55,381 nt of DNA from a virus, in IMG/VR virus record IMGVR_UViG_3300000302_000006, positions 1 to 55,381 of that record; one strand, written 5' to 3'. A model generated the notes under the pieces. It had not been told where the DNA came from. It saw only the letters and a list, made by a program, of their open reading frames with translations, and did not search any database. This document shows, piece by piece, positions 38,144-47,040 of this stretch (position 1 is its first letter; each line of letters opens with the position of its first letter). A program made the translations under genes and the position numbers.

Positions 38144-38187
38144 CGATTTTATACCAGAACTTGAAGTAACGAATCTATGGAGGAAAG

Positions 38188-38718
38188 ATGAATGGTAGCA
38201 ACTACATAAAAATCAACCGCAGCATACTTGACTGGGAGTGGTATCTGGACAACAACACGAAAGTCCTGTTCCTGCACATGATGTTGAAAGCAAATTGGAA
38301 AAAAGGAAAGTTTAAAGGCGTTGACATTGAACGTGGCTCGTTCGCATCTTCATACCAGAGTCTTTCCTCTGAAACAGGCCTTTCGGTACAGAACATCAGA
38401 ACGAGCATTAGAAAGCTAAAATCAACAGGAGAAATAACAGTCACGAAGTACAGCAAATTCACTGTATTTACGGTAAATAATTACTGTGAATATCAAAAGT
38501 CCAACAAGGCACCTAACGCCGAACTAACAGGCGATCAACAGGCAACTAACAGTCAAGCAGCAACAATAGAAGAAGATAAGAAAGAAAGAAGTAAAGAAAT
38601 ATATAGTAAACGCTCTAAAGGAAAAGTCAGAGATAACAACAACTTTGAGCGTAGGAACTATGATATGGGCGAACTGGAAAGACAGTTAATGGAGGGACAA
38701 AACAATGAGCAAATTTGA
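38188..38718 (+). CDS. replication initiation / replisome organiser (winged-helix, DnaD-like)
   Basis: N-terminal pattern [14 protein letters not shown]...[34 protein letters not shown]. Confidence 0.6.
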   Translation: MNGSNYIKINRSILDWEWYLDNNTKVLFLHMMLKANWKKGKFKGVDIERGSFASSYQSLSSETGLSVQNIRTSIRKLKSTGEITVTKYSKFTVFTVNNYCEYQKSNKAPNAELTGDQQATNSQAATIEEDKKERSKEIYSKRSKGKVRDNNNFERRNYDMGELERQLMEGQNNEQI

Positions 38719-39565
38719 AGTAGGAGATCTGATAAAAGGACTGCCAGAATCAAATAAAATATACGGAATTACAAATGAAGATATGACAAAAGGCGTGGTT
38801 CAGAAAGTCACAGCATACGAAATCGTTGTGAAGGTTCTTGAGCATAAGACGGGAAATTATGGAACGTTTGAAGTAGATCCCGATGTATTTGAAAAAATCG
38901 GACACCTCGAATCATTCGACAGAGAGAAATTCCTTGAATTGATGAAGAAAAGCAAGGCGAAGGCGGCAGAGTACCTGAGACGTGCCAACCTGAGCGGTGC
39001 CGACCTGAGCGATGCCAACCTGAGCGGTGCCGACCTGAGCGGTGCCAACCTGAGCGGTGCCAACCTGAGCGGTGCCGACCTGAGCGGTGCCGACCTGAGA
39101 CGTGCCAACCTGAGCGATGCCGACCTGAGCGGTGCCAACCTGAGCGATGCCGACCTGAGACGTGCCGACCTGAGCGATGCCGACCTGAGCGGTGCCAACC
39201 TGAGACGTACCGACCTGAGCGTATCTCAGGGATTGTTGGATGCGATCAACTACATGGAAGCACATTTTGAGCGGACGGATGAGGGATACATAGTATACAA
39301 ATCATTCAACGAAAATTACCATGCGCCGGAGACGTGGAAGATTGAACCAGGAGAGGTCATTGAAGAAACAGTTAATTGCGATAGAACAACAGGATGCGGA
39401 TGTGGAATCAATGTTGCACCGCTTGAATGGGTCCGTAGAACTGGATTTAATCAGCCGTACAAGCTTCTGATCCGTTGGGAGTGGCTGCCGGGTGTAGTCG
39501 TACCGTATAACACGGATGGAAAGATCAGATGCAGCAAGGCTCAGATACTGGAGGCGGTGGAATAA
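38705..39565 (+). CDS. pentapeptide-repeat protein with N- and C-terminal globular domains
   Basis: 16 consecutive A(N/D)LS(G/D)-type pentapeptides. Confidence 0.85.
   Translation: MSKFEVGDLIKGLPESNKIYGITNEDMTKGVVQKVTAYEIVVKVLEHKTGNYGTFEVDPDVFEKIGHLESFDREKFLELMKKSKAKAAEYLRRANLSGADLSDANLSGADLSGANLSGANLSGADLSGADLRRANLSDADLSGANLSDADLRRADLSDADLSGANLRRTDLSVSQGLLDAINYMEAHFERTDEGYIVYKSFNENYHAPETWKIEPGEVIEETVNCDRTTGCGCGINVAPLEWVRRTGFNQPYKLLIRWEWLPGVVVPYNTDGKIRCSKAQILEAVE
38984..39223 (+). repeat. 16 tandem copies of a 15-bp unit (GCCRACCTGAGCGRT) encoding the pentapeptide repeats
   Basis: Read directly. The units are near-identical at nucleotide level. Confidence 0.9.
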
Positions 39566-39696
39566 TGGCACAGGATATGAAATACAGCAGTTCCGGCAGG
39601 ATGAAAATTTCTGCCGGATACAAGCCGGGGAACATGGCGGCGTTCATGTACGGTAGTACGAAGCGGAAGAGAAAGAAGAGGGTGAAAGGAAAATGA
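39565..39696 (+). CDS. 43-aa basic peptide
   Basis: My own translation. TAATG and ATGA overlaps on both sides. Confidence 0.3.
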   Translation: MAQDMKYSSSGRMKISAGYKPGNMAAFMYGSTKRKRKKRVKGK

Positions 39697-39917
39697 CCAA
39701 TAATGAATATCTGAACAATACAACAGGAGAGTCCGACAGTTCGGAAATAGCCTCGGTGAAGATGTTGCTTGCCAATATTGATGAGGATGTAGAAAGAGGA
39801 AGATATGAAATGAACCGCGGCACATATTTGAAGCGGTATAGAGCGCAGAAAGAATGGCTTGACAGTGAAGCTGATGTCAAACCGAGAGAGGACGGAGATA
39901 ACAATGACAAAAATTAA
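39693..39917 (+). CDS. hypothetical
   Basis: ORF. Confidence 0.45.
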   Translation: MTNNEYLNNTTGESDSSEIASVKMLLANIDEDVERGRYEMNRGTYLKRYRAQKEWLDSEADVKPREDGDNNDKN

Positions 39918-40200
39918 CCTGAAAAACGGCTATTACATCGAGATTGATACACTGAGCTACACGCTCCGTCAGAAATACACTGGCAAAACAAAGTCAGGTG
40001 AAGAAAAAGAGGCATATCGTACTTTCGGATATTACGGAACTGTAGAGAAAGCTATTAAGAGATACATAGAACTCTCTCAGCTTGACGTTCTGGACGGCGA
40101 AAGGCTAACGCTTGAAGAATACGTTGACTCAATCCAGAAAATCAATGCAATAGCCTTACAGGGCATACAAGAAGAGTTGAGGAGGTTTCCGGTGAAATGA
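39904..40200 (+). CDS. hypothetical
   Basis: ORF. Confidence 0.5.
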   Translation: MTKINLKNGYYIEIDTLSYTLRQKYTGKTKSGEEKEAYRTFGYYGTVEKAIKRYIELSQLDVLDGERLTLEEYVDSIQKINAIALQGIQEELRRFPVK

Positions 40201-40315
40201 CAACAGAACAGAAAATCCAGTACATACTGAACAGGCAGATTGAGAGAATAAAAAACGAGTAGAAAGGAGCCAGCCTCCGGCCGGGGCAAGGGTATACCGG
40301 GTTTCTTTGAAAAAT

Positions 40316-41243
40316 ATGATAACGCATTTAAGTTTATTTTCTGGTATAGGCGGACTTGATCTTGCTGCCGAATGGGCAGGAATACAGACAATAGGACAAT
40401 GCGAATGGGCGGAATATCCAGCGAAAGTGCTAGAAAAACACTGGCCGGATGTTCCGCGCTGGAAAGATATTAGAACATTGACAGGAGAAAGTTTTTATGA
40501 GCGAACAGGTAGAAGGACAGTTGACATTATTTCAGGCGGGTTTCCCTGTCAGCCCTTCTCCGTTGCCGGGAAGCAGCGAGGCAAGGAAGATGACCGCTAC
40601 CTCTGGCCGGAAATGGTTAGGGTTATCAAAGAACTCCGGCCAACTTGGGTTGTTGGAGAAAACGTTGCTGGAATCGTTAGAATGGCACTCCCCGATATTC
40701 TATCTGAGCTGGAAGCCTGTGGGTATCGGACAAGGACATTTCTTATTCCAGCTTGTGCTGTCGGAGCCAGACACAGGAGATACAGAGTCGCGATTGTGGG
40801 CTACTCCGAACACAATGGATCATCTCCCGCAGCGGTCGCCAGAGGCACTCAAAAGACAGGCGGAGGGAAGCAGGAAGGGAAGAAAAAGGCCGGCGAATTT
40901 GCGGGAACAGGTGAACCCAGAAACAGTCAGGATGTGGGAAGAACCGAAGATGTGGAAAACTCCGGTTGCTGCGGATTCGGCAAACAGAGAAATGTATGTG
41001 AACAGCCGGGGAGAACCGAATCTGAGCGGACAGGTGAAACTCTGGCCAACACCGCAGGCGAGAGACTGGAAGGGACCACAGGGACAAAGCTACAAGGGAA
41101 ACGCCACGGATTTACCGCAAGCGATAAAGATGTATCCGACACCGGCAACAGGAGCCGGGATGATATGCCCAGTTTGCGGAAACCTGGTACAGCTGTGGCA
41201 GAAACATTGTGAAGAATGCGGACAGAAGTTAAGGGAGGATTGA
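40316..41243 (+). CDS. DNA (cytosine-5) methyltransferase encoded in two overlapping frames (+1 switch needed near 40790-40815), C-terminal zinc ribbon
   Basis: Frame A carries motif I FSGIGG, motif IV GFPCQPFS, motif VI GENV and motif VIII RHRRYR. Frame B carries LWATP, WKTP, LWPTPQARDWKG, GNAT and CPVCG...CEECG. Confidence 0.75.
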
Positions 41244-41245
41244 CG

Positions 41246-41623
41246 ATGAGAGAAATATTATACCGCGCAAAACGGATAGATAACGGTGAGTGGGTAGAGG
41301 GATATGTATTTTCAACATTAGATCATACATATATAGCTTATGCAGGACAGTTTGATGATGACTTATTTTTTGGTTCGAGTAATATCTTCGTTAAAGTTGA
41401 TCCAGAAACCATTTGCCAGTACACCGGGCTGAAAGACTGGAACGGCAAGATGATATGGGAGAACGATATTATTGATACGCCATATCAACGTTTTGCCGTT
41501 ACATATTCTGATGGCATTTGGGGAGATAAAGACGGAGTGCCAATGAGAGAATCAATTTTCGGAGAGGGCGGCACTGTTGTCGGAAATATCTTCGACAACC
41601 CGGAAGTGCTGAAAGGAGAATGA
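41246..41623 (+). CDS. YopX-family protein
   Basis: ILYRAKRIDNGEWVEGY...QYTGLKDWNGKMIWENDII...VVGNIFDNPE. Confidence 0.85.
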   Translation: MREILYRAKRIDNGEWVEGYVFSTLDHTYIAYAGQFDDDLFFGSSNIFVKVDPETICQYTGLKDWNGKMIWENDIIDTPYQRFAVTYSDGIWGDKDGVPMRESIFGEGGTVVGNIFDNPEVLKGE

Positions 41624-42213
41624 GGATGCAGGAATTAGAACAGATTCTGGAAGAGATAGAGGCTCATGCAATAGAATTTGAAGTGTTTGGGACATCGGAT
41701 GATTATATAAGCGTTGGCTGGGTAAATGATATCATCCGCAGGCATATGAAAAACGAGGAAGATATACTAAAGTTTTACTACTGCGAATCCGAGGATGATT
41801 ATTATATCGGGCAGAGAGTACAGAATATGTATTATGCAAGATACGCAGACGGAGGTTTTACATGGTTTATGTCTCGGCATCTTCCTTGGGGGAAACGCGT
41901 AACTGCTCCAGAGACGGCTTGGAAAGAATATACATATCCAACCGAACCGAAAGAGATCCCATTTATGGAATGGTTAAAGGGATTCGTCCGCAAGCACATG
42001 AATGGCGGATGGATCCCTGTGAGTATCCGGATGCCAGAAAAAGCAGGAACATATATTATCAATGTTTTAGACGGGAAAAGGGACATAGTAACATTTGCGA
42101 AATGGCAGAACAGATATAAGCGCTTTGATATGACGGGAGCGAGAGCACATTGGAGAATCATTGCATGGCGCCCTTTTCCAGAGTCGTATAAGCCGGAAAG
42201 GAGCGAGAAATGA
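41620..42213 (+). CDS. DUF551-like protein
   Basis: C-terminal GWIPVSIRMPEK...WRIIAWRPFPE. Confidence 0.65.
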   Translation: MRMQELEQILEEIEAHAIEFEVFGTSDDYISVGWVNDIIRRHMKNEEDILKFYYCESEDDYYIGQRVQNMYYARYADGGFTWFMSRHLPWGKRVTAPETAWKEYTYPTEPKEIPFMEWLKGFVRKHMNGGWIPVSIRMPEKAGTYIINVLDGKRDIVTFAKWQNRYKRFDMTGARAHWRIIAWRPFPESYKPERSEK

Positions 42214-42509
42214 TATTTATCATAAAAAACATGAAGTATGACACGGACAAAATGGAGAAAGTGGCAGACGTAAAGAAGTGGTACAGAGTAGACGATATTT
42301 TTTCGCGCGCTCTATACGGAAATCAAGAAGTAGGAAAGTATTATAAATGCGAGTTGTGGAGGTCAAAGAAAGGAAACTGGCTTCTGACGTGTGAATATGA
42401 TTACAAAATAAGGGGAGAATCGATAAGTGAGAGCGAAGCAAAAGAGCTTTTATTGAGGTATGCCCCGGATGAGTACGAAAAATTGTTTGAAGAGATACCA
42501 GAAGCATAG
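42210..42509 (+). CDS. hypothetical
   Basis: ORF. Confidence 0.5.
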   Translation: MIFIIKNMKYDTDKMEKVADVKKWYRVDDIFSRALYGNQEVGKYYKCELWRSKKGNWLLTCEYDYKIRGESISESEAKELLLRYAPDEYEKLFEEIPEA

Positions 42510-42580
42510 AAAAGAGCGAGGGAGAATGAGTAAACAAAGAGATGATTTTTGCAAGAACTTGTGAAAGAAGAGGGAATCGA

Positions 42581-42898
42581 ATGAGCAAAGTACAAATCGA
42601 AATTCCGGATGATAGATGGTTCCGTGGAGAATGGCAGTTTAAACCACAAGACAAGCAGTTGTGCGTAATTATTCCAAAAGAATGTATTACTGAAATCGGA
42701 ATGTATGATGAAAAGTACAATAGATTTTTGCGTGTAAACACAACATCAGTGGCAAGAGAATTTTTTGGAAATACAAAGCATTACTCCGCATGGATTCACA
42801 TGGCAGATATTGACCGTTGGAAACCTCTTAGACTTCCGGCGAATGTGGGAGAAAGTGTTCTGGAGGAGATTGAAAATTTGATTTATAAACGCAAATAA
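42581..42898 (+). CDS. hypothetical
   Basis: ORF. Confidence 0.5.
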   Translation: MSKVQIEIPDDRWFRGEWQFKPQDKQLCVIIPKECITEIGMYDEKYNRFLRVNTTSVAREFFGNTKHYSAWIHMADIDRWKPLRLPANVGESVLEEIENLIYKRK

Positions 42899-42919
42899 AA
42901 CCAGAAAGGAAACAGGCTT

Positions 42920-43135
42920 ATGAGATTAGGCAAGTATTTGTCCGAATTGACTAAGCCAGAACTTGAAGAATTAAAAGACCTTTTGAATCTTTCGGATGAT
43001 GAAATGGTGATATTTGAAAAGCTGTCGAATGGGAAAAGTATTGAAGAAATTTCAGACAAGTTGAAAATGTCATCAAGGACAGTTCAAAGACGAATTACAA
43101 ATATTAAAAACAAACTAGAAAGGGTGATTGAATGA
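42920..43135 (+). CDS. sigma-70 region-4 / LuxR-type HTH regulator
   Basis: LSDDEMVIFEKLSNGKSIEEISDKLKMSSRTVQRRITNIKNKL. Confidence 0.65.
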   Translation: MRLGKYLSELTKPELEELKDLLNLSDDEMVIFEKLSNGKSIEEISDKLKMSSRTVQRRITNIKNKLERVIE

Positions 43136-43329
43136 CACAAAGTGTTCCAATATGGGAAAAAGTGACGCTGACAATCGAAGAAGCAAGCGAATATTCCAAC
43201 ATTGGCGAAAAATCAATCCGAGAAGCGTTGAAAAATCCGTCATGCCCTTTTGCTTTTTCTGTTGGCAGGAAGTCATTAATCAAACGTAAAGAATTTGATA
43301 ATTATATATCAAAGCATAGCGAACTGTGA
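43132..43329 (+). CDS. xis: excisionase (MerR-like HTH_17)
   Basis: LTIEEASEYSNIGEKSIREAL... Adjacent to int. Confidence 0.7.
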   Translation: MTQSVPIWEKVTLTIEEASEYSNIGEKSIREALKNPSCPFAFSVGRKSLIKRKEFDNYISKHSEL

Positions 43330-43380
43330 TTGAATTATAAGCCTTGTATGATATAATTGGCATACGAGGCTTTTCTTTTT
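43330..43380 (+). promoter_or_regulatory. 12-bp-stem terminator whose loop contains an extended -10 promoter (putative Pint)
   Basis: Stem 43339-50/43361-72 followed by a T-rich tract. TTGAAT 43330-35, TG 43349-50, TATAAT 43352-57. Confidence 0.55.
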
Positions 43381-43393
43381 AAGGAGTATCATT

Positions 43394-44584
43394 ATGGGAA
43401 AGGATTTGAAAGGAAAAGAACTTGGTGTAGGATTATCACAAAGAAAGGATGGTGTTTATCAGGCGAGATATATCGATAGATGGGGGAAAAGAAAAACCAT
43501 CTATGGTAAAAGTATAAGGGAATTGCGTAAAGAATTGTCGATAGCAATTTCCGAAAATGAAACATTCACAAGTGTTAGAGAAAAAGTAACACTGGACGAG
43601 TGGTTCAAACAATGGATGGAAGTATACAAAGAAAAAAGCATAAGACCAAATACAAAAAGAGAATATACATACATATATGAGAAGAATATCTCTCCGTATA
43701 TTGGCGGAAGATACTTAAATTCACTTGTAAAAACAGATGTGCAGCGGTTGATCGACACGGCGTATGATTTGGGGTATCAGTATGAACGCCAGAACAAAAT
43801 AAAAATAGTATTACGAGATATGCTACAAAGAGCTTTTGAAGATCATCTGGTATCTGGAAATCCTGTCAGCGGAATAAAGCTGAGATCAGACAAGACCATA
43901 AAGGCAAAGGCATTGGCTCTTGAAGAACAAAATGTATTTTTTGAATATTGCCGGAACACGTTTTATGACAATCTCTTTAATGTGGCAGTAAATACAGGAT
44001 TACGACCGGGAGAGCTATTTGCTCTTCAATTATCGGATATAGACATGGAGAATGGCTACATAGATGTAAATAAGACGCTTGTATATCAAAAGTATTTGAC
44101 AGATACTCGCAAGACATTTCACATGGAACCGCCAAAAACAAAGCAGAGTTACAGGAAAGTTCCAATCAACAGCGTGTGCCGAATATATCTGGAAAGACAG
44201 TTTGAATTAAAGAAAATTATATCAGAGAAACGGCCAAAGCAGCAAAACAATTATTTGTTTGTCACAAAATTTAATACGCCTTTAAATTCTGTTATTTACT
44301 CAGATGCGATCAAGTCGGTTATTCGTCAAATAAACCTTATGAGATCAAAGGAGAATCAGTTTCCGGTATTCAGCGGTCATACGTTTAGGCATACGTTTGC
44401 GACAAGGTGCTTTGAAAATGGTATAGAGCCGAAAGTGGTTCAGTCATATTTAGGTCATGCCAGTTTGAAAATGACAATGGATTTGTACACTCATGTTACG
44501 GATGCTAAATCATCCTATGATATTGAAAAAATCGTGCCAGACTTCAATGATAATTTGATTGATTTCAGGTCAAAAATATCATAA
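43394..44584 (+). CDS. int: tyrosine integrase
   Basis: 396 aa. SGHTFRHTFATRCF...LGHASLKMTMDLYTHV (R-H-R-Y catalytic pattern). Confidence 0.9.
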   Translation: MGKDLKGKELGVGLSQRKDGVYQARYIDRWGKRKTIYGKSIRELRKELSIAISENETFTSVREKVTLDEWFKQWMEVYKEKSIRPNTKREYTYIYEKNISPYIGGRYLNSLVKTDVQRLIDTAYDLGYQYERQNKIKIVLRDMLQRAFEDHLVSGNPVSGIKLRSDKTIKAKALALEEQNVFFEYCRNTFYDNLFNVAVNTGLRPGELFALQLSDIDMENGYIDVNKTLVYQKYLTDTRKTFHMEPPKTKQSYRKVPINSVCRIYLERQFELKKIISEKRPKQQNNYLFVTKFNTPLNSVIYSDAIKSVIRQINLMRSKENQFPVFSGHTFRHTFATRCFENGIEPKVVQSYLGHASLKMTMDLYTHVTDAKSSYDIEKIVPDFNDNLIDFRSKIS

Positions 44585-44587
44585 AAT

Positions 44588-44884
44588 TGGTGTAGTAATG
44601 GTGTAGTAGATCAATAAAAATGGTGTAAAAGTAACGTATTTACGGCGTTTGTAGCGTGTTTTATATTGAAACTGGCTGAATTATTATGTATATCAGGCAA
44701 CGCCGTATGACCTTTATAAAGTAGATAAATAAACGCTGAAAAACCTTGAAAATACGCCATTTCAAGAGTTTATGATATTATTTCTCAAAAACATATACTC
44801 GGCATAAACTGGCATATTTTGGCATAAATTGGTGTAAAAATGGTGTAGTAAATGGTGTAGTAAGTTATTTTAAATGGTGTAGTA
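44588..44884 (+). repeat. attP region: seven same-orientation TGGTGTA(G/A)(T/A)A arm-type repeats flanking about 200 bp
   Basis: Three copies on the left at 44588, 44599 and 44621. Four copies on the right at 44830, 44841, 44853 and 44875. Confidence 0.7.
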
Positions 44885-44925
44885 AAATTTATATAGAAAA
44901 GCCTCGTATTTTAGGGCGGTAAGCT

Positions 44926-44958
44926 GTCATTAACATGGCGGTTTTACCGTCTTTTTTT
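44926..44958 (+). terminator. hairpin plus T7 terminator
   Basis: GCGGTAA ... TTACCGT followed by CTTTTTTT. Confidence 0.5.
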
Positions 44959-44992
44959 GTGCAAAAATTTAAGCATAAGGAGGTAGATTCCT

Positions 44993-45160
44993 ATGTTTAC
45001 GGACGAGTTCTTAGAGAAAATTTTTTCTCACCCGGAAATGCAGAAAATTCCAATTGGATGCCAGTCAACGGCAGTCCATGTGTTTCAAGAAGTCTTAGAG
45101 GAAATAAAGGAGGAAAATCCTTATGCAAACATATCAACCATATTATCCGCAAATGAATAA
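44993..45160 (+). CDS. cassette protein 1 (55 aa)
   Basis: My own translation. AAGGAGG SD. Confidence 0.5.
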   Translation: MFTDEFLEKIFSHPEMQKIPIGCQSTAVHVFQEVLEEIKEENPYANISTILSANE

Positions 45161-45650
45161 TTACAATCAACAGTATAATCCGCAACAGCCGTATATGGAA
45201 CGGTTATCAGGATTACAGCAGTTTCAGCAGAGTCTTCAGGCACAGCAACCGCAACAGTCGCAACAGCCACAACAGCAGTTTCAGCAAATACCTGTCGGAA
45301 TCAGCGGACGAATCGTTCCAAACGCAGAAAGTATAGCAGCGAATGACGTTCCTATGGACGGATCAGTGGCTTTCTTTCCTATGCAGGATATGTCACAGAT
45401 ACTTGCAAAATCGTGGAACGCTGACGGAACGATTAAAACGGTTGTTTATAAGCCTTTCGTTGAAACCCCGAGCAATTTATCAAAAGCAAACGAAAAATTA
45501 AATGTGGGGCTTTCTGATGATGTTACACAGGCTTTTATGCAGAGGTTTGATGATATTGCAAATCGCATATCAAATTTAGAACAGTCGTTGTCTAAGCCTT
45601 CAACTAGGACAACAGTTTCTAAAACGAAAAAGGAGGCAGGAGAGGCATGA
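45123..45650 (+). CDS. cassette protein 2, Gln/Tyr/Pro-rich N-terminus
   Basis: 23 Gln in the first 55 residues, followed by a globular C-terminal half. Confidence 0.65.
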   Translation: MQTYQPYYPQMNNYNQQYNPQQPYMERLSGLQQFQQSLQAQQPQQSQQPQQQFQQIPVGISGRIVPNAESIAANDVPMDGSVAFFPMQDMSQILAKSWNADGTIKTVVYKPFVETPSNLSKANEKLNVGLSDDVTQAFMQRFDDIANRISNLEQSLSKPSTRTTVSKTKKEAGEA

Positions 45651-45889
45651 ATCCACTCTTGAATATAATTCAGGCGTTTCAAAATCCGCAGGCGCTTATT
45701 CAAAACATGATGAATAATCAGCAGATTATGAACAGCCCGATTGGAAATGCAGTAAATGCCGCAAGTAAAGGAGATCAGAAAACACTTGAAGAAATTGCAC
45801 GAAATATGTGCAAAGAAAAGGGCATTAATCCTGATGATGCCTTCAATCAGGTAAAACAGATGATGAATGGGAATATGCCAAAACAATAA
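45647..45889 (+). CDS. cassette protein 3 (80 aa, Asn/Gln/Met-rich)
   Basis: ATGA-coupled ORF. Confidence 0.55.
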   Translation: MNPLLNIIQAFQNPQALIQNMMNNQQIMNSPIGNAVNAASKGDQKTLEEIARNMCKEKGINPDDAFNQVKQMMNGNMPKQ

Positions 45890-45964
45890 TTGAACATATT
45901 GAGGTTGAGCGCTCAATAAAAACCGGTTCCTCTTTATGGATATAAAATTAAGGAGGACACCAAT

Positions 45965-46753
45965 ATGTTTAATTCAAATGATTGTTTTACTATGCCGGTT
46001 ATGCCCGCATATTCTGGTGGATATGGCAACGCTAACGGCATGTGGGGAGACGGCGGCTGGATTTGGCTGATCGTGATTCTTGGACTCTTTGGAGGCTGGG
46101 GAGGCTTTGGCGGATTCGGCAGAGGCTATGGGAATTATGCAAATTCACCGGATTTTCAGGGATATGCTACCAGAGCTGATATCAATGAGGGATTTGCTTT
46201 CAACGGCTTACAGCGTGACGTAGATGCAATTCAGCATGGTATCTGTGACAGCACTTATGCACTGAATAACACGATCAACAGCGGTTTCCACAGCACAGAC
46301 ATGGCTCTTTGCAATGGGTTTAACGGAGTTCAGACGCAGATTTCCAATCTCGGATATCAGCTTCAGGACTGCTGCTGCCAGACGCAGCGCGCTATTGATG
46401 GCGTAAACTATAACATGGCAACAAACACATCTGCGCTCCAGAACACGATGAACAACAACGCTCGTGATATCATCGACAATCAGAACGCAGGCACAAGAGC
46501 AATCCTTGACTTCTTAACTCAGGACAAGATTTCTTCTCTTACAGCAGAAAATCAGGCTCTTAAGTTCCAGGCAAGTCAGACAGCTCAGAACGCATTTATT
46601 ACAGCAAATCAGGAGGCACAGACAGCAGAACTTATCCGCAGACTCGGTGCAGACTGCCCGCAGCCGGCATATGTTGTTCAGCCACCGACTCCTGTAAACT
46701 TCCCGACAAATTGCTGCGGAACATTTTCGGGATATAACGGCTGTGGTTGCTAA
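45965..46753 (+). CDS. cassette protein 4: Gly/Trp-rich TM anchor, Cys clusters, Asn/Gln-rich coiled region
   Basis: WIWLIVILGLFGGWGGFGGFG, QDCCCQTQ, C-terminal NCCGTFSGYNGCGC. AGGAGG SD. Confidence 0.7.
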   Translation: MFNSNDCFTMPVMPAYSGGYGNANGMWGDGGWIWLIVILGLFGGWGGFGGFGRGYGNYANSPDFQGYATRADINEGFAFNGLQRDVDAIQHGICDSTYALNNTINSGFHSTDMALCNGFNGVQTQISNLGYQLQDCCCQTQRAIDGVNYNMATNTSALQNTMNNNARDIIDNQNAGTRAILDFLTQDKISSLTAENQALKFQASQTAQNAFITANQEAQTAELIRRLGADCPQPAYVVQPPTPVNFPTNCCGTFSGYNGCGC

Positions 46754-46968
46754 TGATTAACAATCCGAATTTCTATAATCAACTTACCTTGCTCGATACA
46801 TTTTTGCAAATTATGACTATGGTCATGGTCTCAGAAGATGCGACAAACAATGACCTGATGTCTGAATTGCAGAAACAAGATCGGGATTATCTTGAAAAGA
46901 TTATTGAAAACCAAAATCAAATATTGAGTATGTTATCCGAATTAAAGGATATGTCTGCTACTGATTAG
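46753..46968 (+). CDS. cassette protein 5 (71 aa)
   Basis: TAATG-coupled ORF. Confidence 0.5.
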   Translation: MINNPNFYNQLTLLDTFLQIMTMVMVSEDATNNDLMSELQKQDRDYLEKIIENQNQILSMLSELKDMSATD

Positions 46969-47040
46969 CAGTCTTACAAAACTGAGGGCAGACTTTTGTA
47001 TAAGGTTTGCCCTTTATATTTAAAGATGGAGGATATTAAA

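Noticed and set aside
38984-39223. CRISPR-like array, considered because the repeat is regular
   Set aside because: The units are contiguous with no spacers, they lie inside a coding sequence, and no cas genes are present.
38857-39265. Two long minus-strand ORFs (38857..39198 and 38912..39265)
   Set aside because: They are artefacts of the 15-bp tandem repeat. Their translations are monotonous (LRSAP... and QVGTA...). The plus-strand pentapeptide-repeat protein has flanking globular domains and coupled starts.
40800-41212. C-terminal 135 aa of the frame-A methyltransferase ORF taken as real protein
   Set aside because: The sequence is low-complexity G/K/E/T-rich and has no motifs. The overlapping +1 frame carries the conserved W-x-TP repeats and the zinc ribbon.
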